Source: Octopus vulgaris (taxonomy: Eukaryota). Taken from it: a stretch of 64,000 bases of DNA. The stretch covers positions 37,696,001 to 37,760,000 of the forward strand of contig OX597835.1 of the NCBI GenBank assembly GCA_951406725.2, written 5' to 3'. Below are positions 26,972-40,687 of this stretch, one piece after another; within the stretch, counting starts at the first letter, position 1, and every line of letters starts with the position of its first letter. The notes beneath the pieces were generated by a model, which had not been told where the DNA came from, made no database searches, and was given only the letters and a program-made list of their open reading frames with translations. A program made the translations under genes and the position numbers.

Positions 26972-27119
26972 ATATATGCTTGTATGAGCATGTATATGTA
27001 TGTGAAGGATGTGTGTGTTTGTGTGAGAGAGCTTTCAGTTATTTTGGGTGAGTTGCTTCATTTCGTTAACAAAGAAAACTTACATTGAGAAAATAATGAT
27101 TGTTATTGATTTAAAATAA

Positions 27120-28380
27120 GTAGTGGTGGTAGTAGTGGTGGGTAATAGTGTGGGTGTTGATGGTAGTGGAGGTGATGATAGTGTTGATGTCGTTAATATT
27201 GATGATGCTGCTGGTTGTGGTGGTAGATGTGGCAGCAGTGATGGTTATCGGTAATGGTGGTAGTGGTAGTGGCAGTGATGGTTGTGTTGGTGACAGTGGT
27301 AGTGGTTGTAGTCGGTGGTAGCAGCGGTGGTATTGATGATGCTGGTAGTGGTGTTAGTGTTTGTGGTGGCAGTGGTGGTGATGATGTTGGTAGCTGTGGT
27401 GCTGGTGGTTGTGGTGGTAGATGTGGTAGCAGTGATGGTGATCGGTAATGGTGGTGATAATGGTGTTAGTGGTAGTGGCAGTGATGGTTGTATTGGTGAC
27501 AGTGGTAGTGGTTGTAGTCGGTGGTAGCGGCGGTGGTATTGATGATGGTGGTAGTGGTGGTGGTGGTGATGTTGGTAGTTGTGGTGCTGGTGGTTGTGGT
27601 GGTAGATGTGGCAGCAGTGATGGTTATCGGTAATGGTGGTAGTGGTAGTGGCAGTGATGGTTGTGTTGGTGACAGTGGTAGTGGTTGTAGTCGGTGGTAT
27701 TGATGATGGTGGTAGTGGTGTTAGTGTTTGTGGTGGCAGTGGTGGTGGTGATGTTGGTAGTTGTGGTGCTGGTGGTTGTGGTGGTAGATGTGGTAACAGT
27801 GATGGTTATTGGTAATGGTGGTGATAATGGTGTTAGTGGTAGTGGCAGTGATGGTTGTGTTGGTGACAGTGGTAGTGGTTGTAGTCGGTGGTAGCGGTGG
27901 TGGTATTGATGATGGTGTTAATGTCGATGATGGTGGTAGTGGTGTTAGTGTCTGTGGTGGTAGTGGTGGTGGTGATGTTGGTGGTTGTGGTGGTTATAGT
28001 CGGGGTAGTGGAAGTGTTGTTGTTGGTGGTGGTGGTGGTGATGAAAGCTCTATTGATAATGCTGATATTGGTGGTAATCGTCAAGGGGTGTCGGTGACGT
28101 TGGTGGTGGTGGTGGTGGTGGTGGTGTGACAGTGGTAGTGGTGGTGGTGATACTATTTATCTGTGGTGGTGATACTATTTATCTGTATATTTTTATTTTT
28201 TGGTGTATTAATGATGATTGTGGTGGTGGTGATAATGGTGGTGTTGATGGAGGCGTTTATAAATCATGGAAACATTGCTTCTGATGTAGTATTAGTGGTG
28301 GTGGTGGTGGTGGTGGTGGTGGGTGGTAGTGGTAGTAGTAGTAGTAGTAGTAGTAGTAGTAATCATTGTTGCTGCTAAAG
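27120..28380. repeat. GGT-rich tract containing about four copies of a 180-195 bp higher-order unit
   Basis: GGTGGTAGATGTGG..CAGTGATGG..GGTGACAGTGGTAGTGGTTGTAGTCGG recurs near 27220, 27412, 27598 and 27780. Confidence 0.85.
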
Positions 28381-28888
28381 CCATTGTTGTTGTTACTGTT
28401 GTTGTTGTTGTTGTTGATCTTGTTGTTGTTGAAATGTGTTCAGTGTTTCGATTGCTTCAATTGTTTAAAAAATATAAATAAAATAAACATATATATATAT
28501 ATATATATATAAAAATAAACTTTTGTTTTCCATCATCAAAAATCAAAAAAAAAAATCAAAAATAAACAAAACATTAAAGTTACAAAAGAAAACAAAATTA
28601 TAAAAAAAAAAGAGCCAAAAACAAATGAAAAAAAACCGACAAACATCGTTGCCCTTCGCCTTTGCCTGTCTTTGAACCTACAACTCTTCCCTTACACTCT
28701 GATCCACCCAACCATACTGCTTCCACCCCCACCTACTCCCTACCTTTATTGAATATTGAATGTTATTGTACAGTTTGAAGAGGTTTATTGGGGTGAAAAA
28801 CAGAAAATGTTACATTAGTGAGGTGAGTGGATATGTGTGTGTTTCTCTCTCTCTCTGTTCTGGCTCTATATGTCTATATGTGTGTGCC

Positions 28889-28931
<43 letters not shown>

Positions 28932-29056
28932 CTATATAACTATATATGTGTGCACACTTATGTATGTGTGTATGCGTATATGTACATATATGTATATATG
29001 TGTGCATATATATATAAATCATTCTCTCCTTTCTCTCTCTTTTCCGTCTCCCTCTC

Positions 29057-29089
<33 letters not shown>

Positions 29090-29156
29090 ATGTGTGCATG
29101 TATATACACACAGACAGAGAAAGATTGAGATAGAAACAGAAAATGAGAGATGTACG

Positions 29157-29203
<47 letters not shown>

Positions 29204-29300
29204 GAATATATACCTGTATATATACATATATGTATACATATACATATTATATATATATATATATATATATAGGCACAGATACATGTATGCATACACGTAT

Positions 29301-29341
<41 letters not shown>

Positions 29342-29410
29342 TAAATAAAATTAAAAACAGAACACAAAGTATTCACCCTAAATTTACAGTACCTACTATA
29401 TATATGTATA

Positions 29411-29464
<54 letters not shown>

Positions 29465-29710
29465 TAGATACGTGTATGCATACATCCATGCTTACATACT
29501 TGCACAGACACACACTCACACACACATATATTGTTTTTGTTTATTTTTATCATACAAAACACAAATATAAAAATGTAATTGTTCAATACAATGTTCTCTA
29601 AGTAGTATGTACAGTCTAATTATTGTATATATGTGTGTGTATGTATGTGTCTATGTATCTATGTGCATATGACATATGTATCTATATACATGCATATATA
29701 TATGTGTATG

Positions 29711-29742
<32 letters not shown>

Positions 29743-30091
29743 CATACATATATATATCCATTAATCTATGTATACATATATGTATGGTTGCATGCATTTT
29801 TGTATGTAGGTATGCAATAAATATATATAATCTGTGTGTGTGTGTGTGTGTGTGTGAGTGATCATTGTCAATCCATACCTAAGGGTTTTGCATGGCCAGA
29901 CCATTCTAATTAACTGTTCCTTGTTAGTGCTTGTAAGTTAAATTAGATAAGAGCCGAAAGTTTTGAATGACAGCTCATGCTGCCAGCTTCTAATACAGCT
30001 TATGACATCAGCAGTTATTTATAATTTTATGCATATCAGGAGGGTTGAACTTGAAGTTCCGTTATGACATCAGTTTCTATTCATAATTTTA

Positions 30092-30469
30092 CTAGCAGTA
30101 TCACCTGGCGTTGCTTGGGTTTGTTTCAACCCTTTAGAATTGGAATTTTTGAAAAGTAAAAATTTTGCATTATGTAGCTTGTTATTCTCTTTAAGTGAAC
30201 ATTTTTCTGGTTGAAATACAGCGAAAAATGGCGACAGAGCACTAAAAAAAAATCATAAAAAATAGGGATTTTCATAGAAATGTAAATAATTTTTGGTATT
30301 AACATGGTCCGATTTGAATTTTTTCTTCTACAGAAGGAAGAGCAATCCTTCTTCTATCATACTCTCAATTTTGGTCAACTTGCACCATAGGGTTTCGGAG
30401 GAGATAATGATAGTTGAAGGCTACCAAACCTGCCATACACAGACAACTTCAGCTTTATATATAGAGAGA
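30092..30469 (-). mobile_element. Non-autonomous Helitron, second copy
   Basis: Reverse complement of 7576-7968 with TC/CTAG ends at an A|T site; interrupts a degenerate TATGACATCAG repeat of about 62 bp. Confidence 0.88.
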
Positions 30470-30866
30470 TTTGTATCAAACGATGTTCTTTCTTGAAGTT
30501 TCGCTATGACATCAGTCACTATATATATATATATATATATATATTTTCCTGTCTTCCTTAAAGTTCCATATGATTTCAGATGCTGTTCATAATTCCATGC
30601 TTTAAGATCTGCTCTAATTCCATGTGTAACAGGAAGGCCTAGTGTTGAAACTTTAGTACAGAAACTGGCCACATCCAGCCGAAATGTGCTACCTGTTTCA
30701 CGTTCAAACTGGCCAGATCTTTCCTCTTACACCTAGCCCACAATGTCATCCTGTAACTAAACATCATTGAAATTTCAAAGAGACAAGATAATACATGATT
30801 TATAGAAAGCAATGTGAATAAATAAGAATTACTTTGACAGGGTAATTCTGAATGGTAAAGGGTTAA

Positions 30867-31086
30867 CCCTTTCGTTACCAACTCAGCTGAAACTGGCTCT
30901 GGTTCTGAATACAAATGTCTTGTTTTCATAAGTTTTCAATTAAAATCTTCCACCAAACCGTAGTCGCAATTTATGTTCCTAACACTAGCTGAATGATAAC
31001 TAAGTTATTTTAGCAAATTGTTTGTTATATTTAAAGTAATTGAAAGAAACACAGAGCATCTCAACAGAAATACGGTAATGAAAGGG
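30867..31086. mobile_element. piggyBac-like MITE with TTAA TSD
   Basis: TTAA|CCCTTTCGTTACC ... GGTAATGAAAGGG|TTAA; abuts a second TTAA-ended element at 30668-30862. Confidence 0.85.
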
Positions 31087-31309
31087 TTAAAGTCCTATTC
31101 ATAATTTTCATGTGTGTCAGAAGGGCCTAGTTAAGTGCTAACCCTAACCCACCAGTACATTTCAGAGAGCACAACTTCATTTGATTCTGCCCTTGGAAGA
31201 CCCAGAAGTAGATAGCTACTTATGGCTGAAAATAATGTTTCTGCCAATTAGAAAGCTTCAAAGCAAAGCCATTTGGTCATATGCTTTTGTATCTTCTAGG
31301 GATATAACC

Positions 31310-31878
31310 AGCATCCTGTCATTAATGATGTTGAGGGTTCCACTTGATATGATCGTTGGGACAGCCTGCTTGTGAAATTAACATTAAAGGCAGCGAGCTG
31401 GCAGAAATGTTAGCACGCCGGGCGAAATGCGTAGCTGTATTTCGTCTGCCGTTACGTTCTGAGTTCAAATTCCGCCGAGGTCGACTTTACCTTTCATCCT
31501 TTCGGAGTCGATAAATTAAGTACCAGTTATGCACTGGGGTCGATGTAATCGACTTAATCCGTTTCTCTGTCCTTGTTTGTCCCCTCTGTTTAGCCCCTTG
31601 TGGGTAATAAAGAGATAGAAATTAACATGCAAGTGGCTGAGTACTCCACAAACCCATGTACCCTTAATGTAGATCTCAGGGAGATTCAAGGTGGCACTAA
31701 CTGTGACAAGGCTGGCTCTTTCAAATTACAGGTGCTACTCATTTTTGTCAGCTGAGTGGACTAGAGCAATGTGAAAACAAAGTGTCTTGCTCAAGGACAC
31801 AATGTGTCACAGGGAATTGAACTCACGACCTTACAGTTGTAAGCCAAGTGCCCTAACCACTAAGCCACATGCCTTCAC
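31310..31878 (-). mobile_element. SINE family D (Meta-like central domain) carrying a family B insertion
   Basis: Minus strand TGTGTCCTTGAGCAAGACACTT..GTCCACTCAGCTG; the insert at 31389-31619 is flanked by a GAAATTAACAT duplication. Copies at 42716-43040(-), 43075-43415(-), 51400-51650(+), 57440-57767(-). Confidence 0.75.
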
Positions 31879-32519
31879 TTCCATACATATATATTTCTTT
31901 ATTGCCCACAGGGGGCTAAACACAGAGGAGACAAACAAGGACAGACAAACGGATTAAGTCGATTACATCGACCTCAGTGCATAACTGGTACTTAATTTAT
32001 CAACCCCGAAATGATGAAAGGCAAAGTTGACCTCGGCGGAATTTGAAGTCAGAACGTAACGGCAGCCGAAATATCGCTAAGCATTTCGCCCGACATGCTA
32101 ACGATTCTGCTAGCTCGCCACTTCCATACATATAATCAAACAATTGCACCTGCTAAAATGTGGCACTGCATCGGTTATGACAATGAGGGTTCCAGTTGAT
32201 CCGATCAACGGAACAGCCGGCTTGTGAAATTAACAAGTGACTATGTACCCCACAGACACATGTACTCTTAATGTAGTTTTAGGGGAGATTCAGCAATAGT
32301 AATACTATTCTTACACCTGACGTGTACATGCATGTCATAACAGTTTTGCTTTTTGAGAATTATACTCCCAGAGCAGTAACCATTCCATAAGTTTGGAGGC
32401 TTTTTGAAGAGAGGCAGCTATAACTGTCATAGATTGTTGTAATTTTAGCATATCATTACTATACAGCTGACCTGCCAACATATTTTACATTTTTGATTGA
32501 AGGAGAAGGCTGTAACAGC

Positions 32520-33445
32520 ACACACCTTACTAAACACTGCTCGTCATGGCTGATTAGTTTGCAGAATGCAATTGAGGTGTTTGGAAGTTTCCTATGCAAT
32601 AAAATTTTATGTTAAACTGAGCAAAAATGTTTTGGAAATATACAAAATGATCCAGAATGCTTATAGCTTCACTTTTTTGCTGGTAGTAGAGGTTTGTGGA
32701 TAGTAGAATGATGGTGGCAAGCAGGCAGAACCGTTAGCACATTGGACAAAATGCTTAGCGGTATGTCGTCTGCCGTTACGTTCTGAGTTCAAATTCCGCT
32801 GAGGTTGACTTTGCCGTTCATCCTTTCAGGGTCGATAAATTAAGTCTGTCTTTGTTTGTCCCCTCTATGTTTAGCCCCTTGTGGGCAATAAAGAAATAAG
32901 AATGGAAGTGAAAGACAAACGGGGAACAAAAGGAGAGTCAGAACATCAAAGCTGGTTGGGAAAATTTGCAGTTTTCCAGATAAAGAATTTTGTATGTCTA
33001 TAAAGGCAATAAACATAGTTTGGAGTTGGTGTGTGGAAACTGTACACAATCATTCATGAAGATCTGAGCATGGACAAAATTTGTGCAAAGTTTGTTCGCA
33101 GGGTACTCAGTCACGAGTATTCTGGTAACCAACTACTTGACAGAGGTAGGCATAAAAACTGTTCCTCACCCTCCCTACAGTCCAGACCTTGTTCTCTATG
33201 ACTTTTGGTTGTTCACCAAACTGAGGGAGAACCTCTTGGGCAGTCGTTTTGAAGATAGAGGAGGCTGTGATAAGGGTCCTGGACGCCTTCACTTTGGAGG
33301 ACTTTCACAAAGTGGCTGGAATGGAACACTACTGCAAGTGCATTGAAGCCAGAGGATCCTACTTTGAAGGAAATTAGAGCTTTGATCTTCTTTGAAATTG
33401 ATATATGTCTCACCTGGAAAAGTCTGCAAACTTCTAGAATGAACC
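32520..33445 (+). mobile_element. Internally deleted mariner transposon relic
   Basis: YAIKFYVKL (N-terminus), ICAKFV, HPPYSPDL..DFWLF; SINE insertion at 32715-32900. Confidence 0.85.
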
Positions 33446-33654
33446 TTGTATTCTTCGGAAACAATGTTCCCACTCTATGCTTTTCACACCAATTGAGCAT
33501 TTAATTGCCTCGGACTTCCCCATCTTCTGCATTCTTGGTGCCAAGTTTACAAAACAGTGAATGTGTCTAAGGGTTTAAGATGACAAGTATAATCCAAAAT
33601 TACCTTTTTTAACAATCATGGGATCAGACAGTCTTTGACTATTTCTGTTTAAAC

Positions 33655-33995
33655 CAGTGGTTCTCAACCAGTGTCCAATGATCCCTGAGGGTCCATATAA
33701 GATTTTTCAGGGTCCACACAACAAAATAGGAAGTTGGAGGTCCACAATAGTACTTTAAGGACCACTGAAAAAATTTTACTTAGGATTTATGTATTGGTGT
33801 GTATCGCAAGAAACAGCTTGGTTTCATTCTCTAACATTTTACATAGTTCAAGCTTCACAAGTGTTAAAAACAAAACAGGAATTTTGAAAGAAGATTCTGT
33901 AAAACTAATTTTTAAACGATGAATGGCTGAAGTTTCCATCAAAATAAAATAGCAATCAAACAGGTCCATAGGTAAAAAATGGTTGAAAAACCCTG
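33655..33995. mobile_element. hAT-like MITE
   Basis: CAGTGGTTCTCAACC ... GGTTGAAAAACCCTG termini; TSD not clear. Confidence 0.65.
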
Positions 33996-34229
33996 ATTAA
34001 AGTCTTTTTAAACTAATATTTCCATGCTATTATTTATAGCTTTATCTACTCAGAGTTCCACATTAAAAACGAATTATTTCACATCTAAGTTTTTAAATTC
34101 TTATCTTGTCAACAACAGACAATTCTCAGTGGTAAGAATGAAGCCTCTAAAGTGAAAAGAGAATCTCAAAGACTTTCTCTAATTGAATGGTAAAACATCT
34201 AACATATTAACAGAAGATTTGAGCTCGAG

Positions 34230-35192
34230 TTCTAGTGACAACATTTTAGCAATCAATACTTGACAGAGATGATCATCAAAATTATTCCTCACCCTTCCTA
34301 CAGTCTAGACCTTGTTCCCGGGGACTCTTGGTTGTTCCCGAAGCCAAAGGAGAACTTCTGGGAAAGTCGTTTTGAAGATGAAGGAGGCTGTGATATAAGG
34401 GTCCTAGATACCTATTTCTTTACTACCCACAAGGGGCTTAACACAGAGGAGACAAACAAGGACAGACAAACGGATTAAGTTGATTACATCGACCCCAGTG
34501 CGTAACTGGTACTTAATTTATCGACCCTGAAAGAATGAAAGGCAAAGTCGAACTTGGCGGTATTTGAACTCAGAACGTAACGGCAGACGAAATACCTATT
34601 TCTTTATTATCCACAAGGGGCTAAACACAGAGAGGACAAACAAGGACAGACAAACGGATTAAGTCAATTATATCGACCCCAGTGTGTAACTGGTACTTAA
34701 TTTATCGACTCCGAAAGGATGAAAGGCAAAGTCGACCTTGGCGGAATTTGAACTCAGAACGTAGCAGCAGACGAAATACCTATTTCTTTATTACCCACAA
34801 AGGGCTAAACACAGAGAGGACAAACAAGGACAGACAAACGGATTAAGTCAATTATATCAACCCCAGTGCGTAACTGGTACTTAATTTATCGACTCCGAAA
34901 GGATGAAAGGTAAAGTCGACCTCGGCGGAATTTGAACTCAGAACTTAGCGGCAGATGAAATACCGTGAAGCATTTCGCCCGGCGTGCTAACATTTCTGCC
35001 AGCTCGCCACCTTAGGGACTTGGATACCTTCAGTTTGGAGGACTTCCTTGGGGTCTTCAAGAAGTAGCCGGGGGTACTGCAACAAATGCATTGGAATCAA
35101 AAGACCTTACTTTGAAAGAAAATAGCTTTTGTTCTTGTTTGAAATTAATGTCTCTGAAGAAAAAGGTCTGCAAACTTCTGGAATGTACCTTG
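34230..35192 (+). mobile_element. Mariner 3' relic containing a trimeric family B SINE (34411-35013, minus strand)
   Basis: HPSYSLDLVPGDSWLFP; the insert is flanked by AGGGTCCTAGATACC / AGGGACTTGGATACC. Confidence 0.85.
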
Positions 35193-35519
35193 TGCATTCC
35201 TATTTTCGTTGTTTATCTTTGTTGGGTTAATAAGGTTCCCTTTTGGGTGAATTATTAACTTACTGCGTAAAAATGTAAAAGCAGAATATGGATAAGAATC
35301 AGCAATGGAAGGTTTGCTTCCCCAGATAAAGGAGATTACAAGACCACACAGAAGAGAAAATGCCTGCTTCAAAAACAGGATGTCTTGGATCTCTATGGAA
35401 ACTGATTTCCTTAATTTAATCATAAATACAACATTCACAGAAAGAACCAATATTTTCTGACTGAAGATAAGCCTTCTCTTTCTGTCTGACTGTCTGTCTG
35501 TCTGTCTCACTCTTTCTTA

Positions 35520-35550
<31 letters not shown>

Positions 35551-36387
35551 TCACACACATACACACAGAGACATACACATACATGCATAGATGCATGCAT
35601 GCAGATACCCATATCCATGCTCTCACACACACATTTACACATACACACATGCAAATATGAACGCACTTATACATATTCATATATATATATATATACACTC
35701 ATGTATATTGCCTGATTATATTAATATTACACACTCATATACACATATCCACGCACACTGAGAACATTATATGTAGAAATATAAGAATATTATATATATA
35801 TATTATGTATATTTATGTTACATATATAGGCGCAAGCATGGCTGTGTGGTAAGAAGCTTGCTTCTCAACCACATGGTTCCAATTTCAGTCCCGCTGTGTG
35901 GCAACTTGGGCAAGAATCTTCTACTATAGTCTTGTGCAGATCAAAGCCCTGTGAGTGAATATACTAGATAGAACCTGAAAGAAGCTTGTCGTATATGTGT
36001 GTGTAATATATATCATCATCATCATTTAACGTCCGTTTTCCATGCTAGCATAGGTTGGACGGGACGGTTCGACCGGGGTCTGGTAAGCCATGGAGGCTGC
36101 ACCAGGCTCTAGTCTGATTTGGCAGTGTTTCTACAGCTGGATGCCCTTCCTAACGCCAACCACTCCGTGAGTGTAGTGGGTGTTTTTTACGTTCCACTGG
36201 CACACGATCGGTTGGTGCTTTTAAGTTTCACTGACACGGATGCCAGTCAGGCGGTGCTGGCATCTGCCAAGTTCGGATGGTTCTTTTTACGTGTTACCGG
36301 CACGGGTATCTTAACTACAATTTCCATTTAAATTTTTATTTTGATGTTGATGTACTTGACTCAATAGGTTTCCTCAAGATCAATGGG

Positions 36388-36440
<53 letters not shown>

Positions 36441-37155
36441 TAGATAGATAGATAGATAGATATGCATATTTGGGTACAGGACATCACCAACGGTACAAAT
36501 AACATGAAAAACTAAACGGCGAGAAAAAATGGAAAACAGGAAAAGTAAACAGAGACAAAGGACCCTTTATCAGTTGTCAACATTCAGTGACAATATGAGA
36601 CTTTAATGACAGTTGCTCCCATAAATTCTAAAATGAAATTTAGGATTTATGGAGGGTCAAATTTGGGGACAAAAACATGACAGTGGAGACATACAACGAA
36701 AACAAACATGGACGGTTGTTAGACCAGAATGACAGGAAAATAGTGAATGCTGGGAGAAACATTGTTTTGAAAAGAGAAAAAATAGAAAGAGAGAGAGGAA
36801 AACACAGCCGTTCTTTTCAATGTCCATAGAGGAAAAGAAAGATGGACGATGGTCATGTGCATGCAATGAGAGAGAGAGAGAGACTGATAGAAAGCGGTGA
36901 AGGAAGGAGGGGGAGGAAAAGGGAATTACAGAAGGATGAGGAAGAAAATAGTATAGAGTAGAGAGTTGCATCAAAAAGGTGAAGATAAACTTACTTGGAA
37001 ATGAATGCATCGCGTTCTTTTACAGGGCTTAGAAAAACTGATGGGCTGCTGCAGTAAGTGTGTGAATCTGAGAGGGGAACATGTTGAATAGAATCATAAT
37101 TAATTGATCATCATGTATTTTCTTTTAACCAAAGCCAGAAACTTTTCAGCATCCC

Positions 37156-37186
<31 letters not shown>

Positions 37187-37873
37187 CATCATCATCATCA
37201 TCATCATCGTTTAACGTCTGTTTTTCCATGCTAGCATGAGTTGGACAGTTTGACCGGGGTCAACCATGTACGGATGGTGCTTTTTACGTGCTACTGGCAC
37301 AGATGCCAGAGAAGGCTGGCAATGGCCACAATTGGTTGGGGGCTTTTACGTGCCATACAAACATACATATATATATAATCATCATCATCATTTAACGTCC
37401 CTTTTCCATGTTGGCATTAACTGGATAGCTTGATAGGAACTGGGAAGGCCATGGACTGCACCAGGTTCCACACACATACATTCAACATACATACATATGC
37501 ATGTATGTATGTATATAACAAATAGTAATGGGATTCAATAGAATCTAGGCACATAAACACATAGGATGTCAGAAATGGCTAGGTAGAATAATATAAGCTT
37601 TGCAGTGAGGTAAAACAACCATAAAGGTATCACATATTGGTAGGATACTGTAGATATGTAAGTACTAAATCCAATTGTATGGTATTTAATATACCTTTGT
37701 TCCCTTTTGTTATGCAATTCATGCGACAGGCTACTCTGAGTTATTTCTTTTTGTACAATTTTGATTTTTATTACACACGCAAATACACACAGTTTGAAAA
37801 ATACTTGTTTATATTTCTTCTTTATAACTATTCTACAGAATCTTGAAGATACTAAAAAATTACTCAAAGGCAA

Positions 37874-37916
<43 letters not shown>

Positions 37917-38942
37917 CACTGGAAACGCTGTCATGTATTTATTCATAAAATAGGAAGGAAAAAAAACGAGCATTGATTTATGGAAAGCTATAAGTTACGT
38001 AGCGATATTTATCAGATGTAAACAAGTAAATAACTACACTTGTCATCCACAAAAAGTACACAAGATTTATCGCCTTGAAACAGGAGTTAAGACATGTCGG
38101 TGAGAAAGACCCTCATCATAGGAGAATATTTGTAGTTCATAGTATTAAGCTTTTGTATTTTGTTCTTTGCTTTTATTAGTCATTGGTGTTGTGGCCATGC
38201 TAGAGCACTGCCTTCAAGGGTTTTTGTTGAATAAATCAACCCCAGGACTTATTGTTTTCTAAATTCTAAGGAAATAAAGTGTTGTAATTGGTCTGTTTTG
38301 CTGAACTGCTAAGTAAATGGGGGTATGGGCAAGGCCATAAACAGACCAACACTGGCTGTCAAGTGGTGGTGGGAGACCAACTGAAACACAGAGGGAAATA
38401 CACACACACACACACACACACAAACATACATACACACATTCATACATACATGCATACATACATACATACATACATACATGCATCCAAACATACATATACA
38501 CATCATGCATGCATACATACATACATACATACATACTTGCATGCATATGTGCATATATACATACATACATTCACAAATACATACACACATACGTACATAC
38601 ATGCATTCATACATACACATACATTCATACATACACATAATGGCGGTACCCCAGCATGGCCACAACTCGTGAGCTGAAACTAGATAAAATAAAAATTAAA
38701 AAAATAAAAATACATATATACATACATGCATACATACATACATGCATACATACATATGTACACACATACAATTCAATTCAGGAAAAGGAAACAGCAGCCA
38801 AGTACCTGATGCACAAAAGGGATAGAGATGCAGGAAAAGCCTTGCAGACTTTGTGGCGTTCACACTGAAGATCTCACCCCCATCTTAAGCAGTTGTCCTA
38901 AAATGTCATCATGGTTTTATCTGCTGATGAGACCTGGCGTTG

Positions 38943-39960
38943 TAGCTAGGATACTATAATGAAATCTGTCGGAAGAATAACCCCAAGGACAAAGAAATAA
39001 GAACCAACAGTATGGTAGAAGCCATAGCTACTCATAATAAAAAGGAATACTGGTGGAATGTACCAGTGAAGACCTCAATAAAATGTAAGCACAAGAGACC
39101 TGATATAATGATTTGGGATAGAGAAGAGATACTGTGTACAGTTGTGGAAATTAGCTGCCCAACGGATGATAACGTAAAGCTGAAGATCAGTGTAAAAGAG
39201 GACACCTATGCTGAACTATTGAGAAATATGCAGTTACTCTATCCAGATTATAAGTTCAGCTTTATACCTGCAATTATTGGGGCTCTGGGATATGTAACAT
39301 ACTGCCTAAATACCAATCTTGAGAAATTAGGCTTCTCAAAAGGGGTAATATAGATGTGCTATGGAAACTGGGAAACCAGCCCTGCTGGTCTATATGACAC
39401 TGTAAGGGTCTTTATCCTTTATATCTATTTTTATTAAATTTTTACAAGAGACATGATGGTGATTTCAAAGTTTCGACCAGCTACTTTTCATCAGACTGTG
39501 CTACACATAGGAACCCTTAGTAGTTTTATATAGTCTTTGACAAGTTATCTTTCTGGGGGCAAGTGGAACTATGTGAAATGATAATTAGGCTTGGTGTATG
39601 TAAATCTGGGAAGTATAAGATATAGATATAACAATCCAGTGTTCGTATGGTGTTCTGGAAGAGAGAAAAGCACGTGTTTACTGTAGTGGAATTCAATTAT
39701 TCAGCAGACATTGACATAGCAAAAACTGAAATAAGAAACATTTATGCTGAACTAATGGGAAATTTGCTGATATAGCACTTGGAGTGTAACTTTAGATTTA
39801 TACCTGTGATCATTAGTTATGAAACTAACTACTTCACGCAGATCTTAAGAAGGTGGTGCCACAAGAGCTAAAAATACACAGCTAATTGAGAAATTATAAT
39901 TACAAGACTTAATGGAATCATGAAAATGTTTTCCAAGACTCCAGAAGTTTCGTCTGTAAT
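38943..39960 (+). mobile_element. Two restriction-like endonuclease fragments of R4/Dong-like LINEs (38943-39340; more decayed 39630-39960)
   Basis: WWN..RPDIMIWD..VEISCP..Y..L..IIGALG in the first; a similar VVE/YAEL/FIPVI pattern in the second. Confidence 0.75.
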
Positions 39961-40406
39961 TTGTATACATATACATAGGTAGATATATCTACTAAAAAGT
40001 GTGTAGGATTTATCTTTTGTTTTTTATCTTCTACTTGTTTCGATCATTGGATGGCAGCCATGCTGGGGTGGTGCTTTGAAGGTTTTCTTTTTAATTGAAT
40101 AAATCAGCGTCAGTATTTGTTTTAAATCTGGAACTTTTTAAAAGAATTTTTGTCTGTTTCAGTCATTAGACTGTGGCCATACTGGGGCACCACCATGAAT
40201 TTTTAGCCAAATGAATTGACCCCAGGACTTATTTTTCAAGCCGGGTTTCTTTTACTGAACTGCTAAGTTACAGGGATGTAAACACACCAACACCAGTTGT
40301 CAAGTGGTGATGGGGGTGGGGGGACACAGACACACACATGTATATATATATGTGTGTGTGTATATGTGTGTGTGTGTGTATGTGTGTGTGTGTGTGCATG
40401 TGTGTA

Positions 40407-40448
<42 letters not shown>

Positions 40449-40687
40449 ACGGGCATCTTTTAGTTTCCGTTTATCAAATCCATTCACAAAGCTTTGGTCA
40501 GTCTGAGGCTCATGGTACAATGCAGTGGGATTGAAACCACAGTTATGTGGTTGTAAAGCAAGCTCCTTAACCACACAGCTATCCCTGTGTTTGTATGGTA
40601 AATATTTTTAAAAGATAGAATTCTCAATGCAAAAATTTAGATTCTTCATAACTTTACTTAAAAATACAGGAAATAACTCACGATTAC

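Noticed and set aside
28773-28822. Plus-strand mini-exon ending GAG|GTGAGT
   Set aside because: Weak acceptor and no recognisable peptide.
34119-34189. Possible exon TILSGKNEASKVKRESQRLSLIE
   Set aside because: Weak donor and no homology recognised.
37040-37060. WAAA codons plus GTAAG as the missing HEATR4 exon
   Set aside because: Lies inside a mariner-derived MITE homologous to 17572-17788.
38860-39500. Partial hammerhead-like cores at 38866, 38923 and 39470 (also 42020)
   Set aside because: Stems or the GAAA motif are incomplete; cannot be distinguished from chance.
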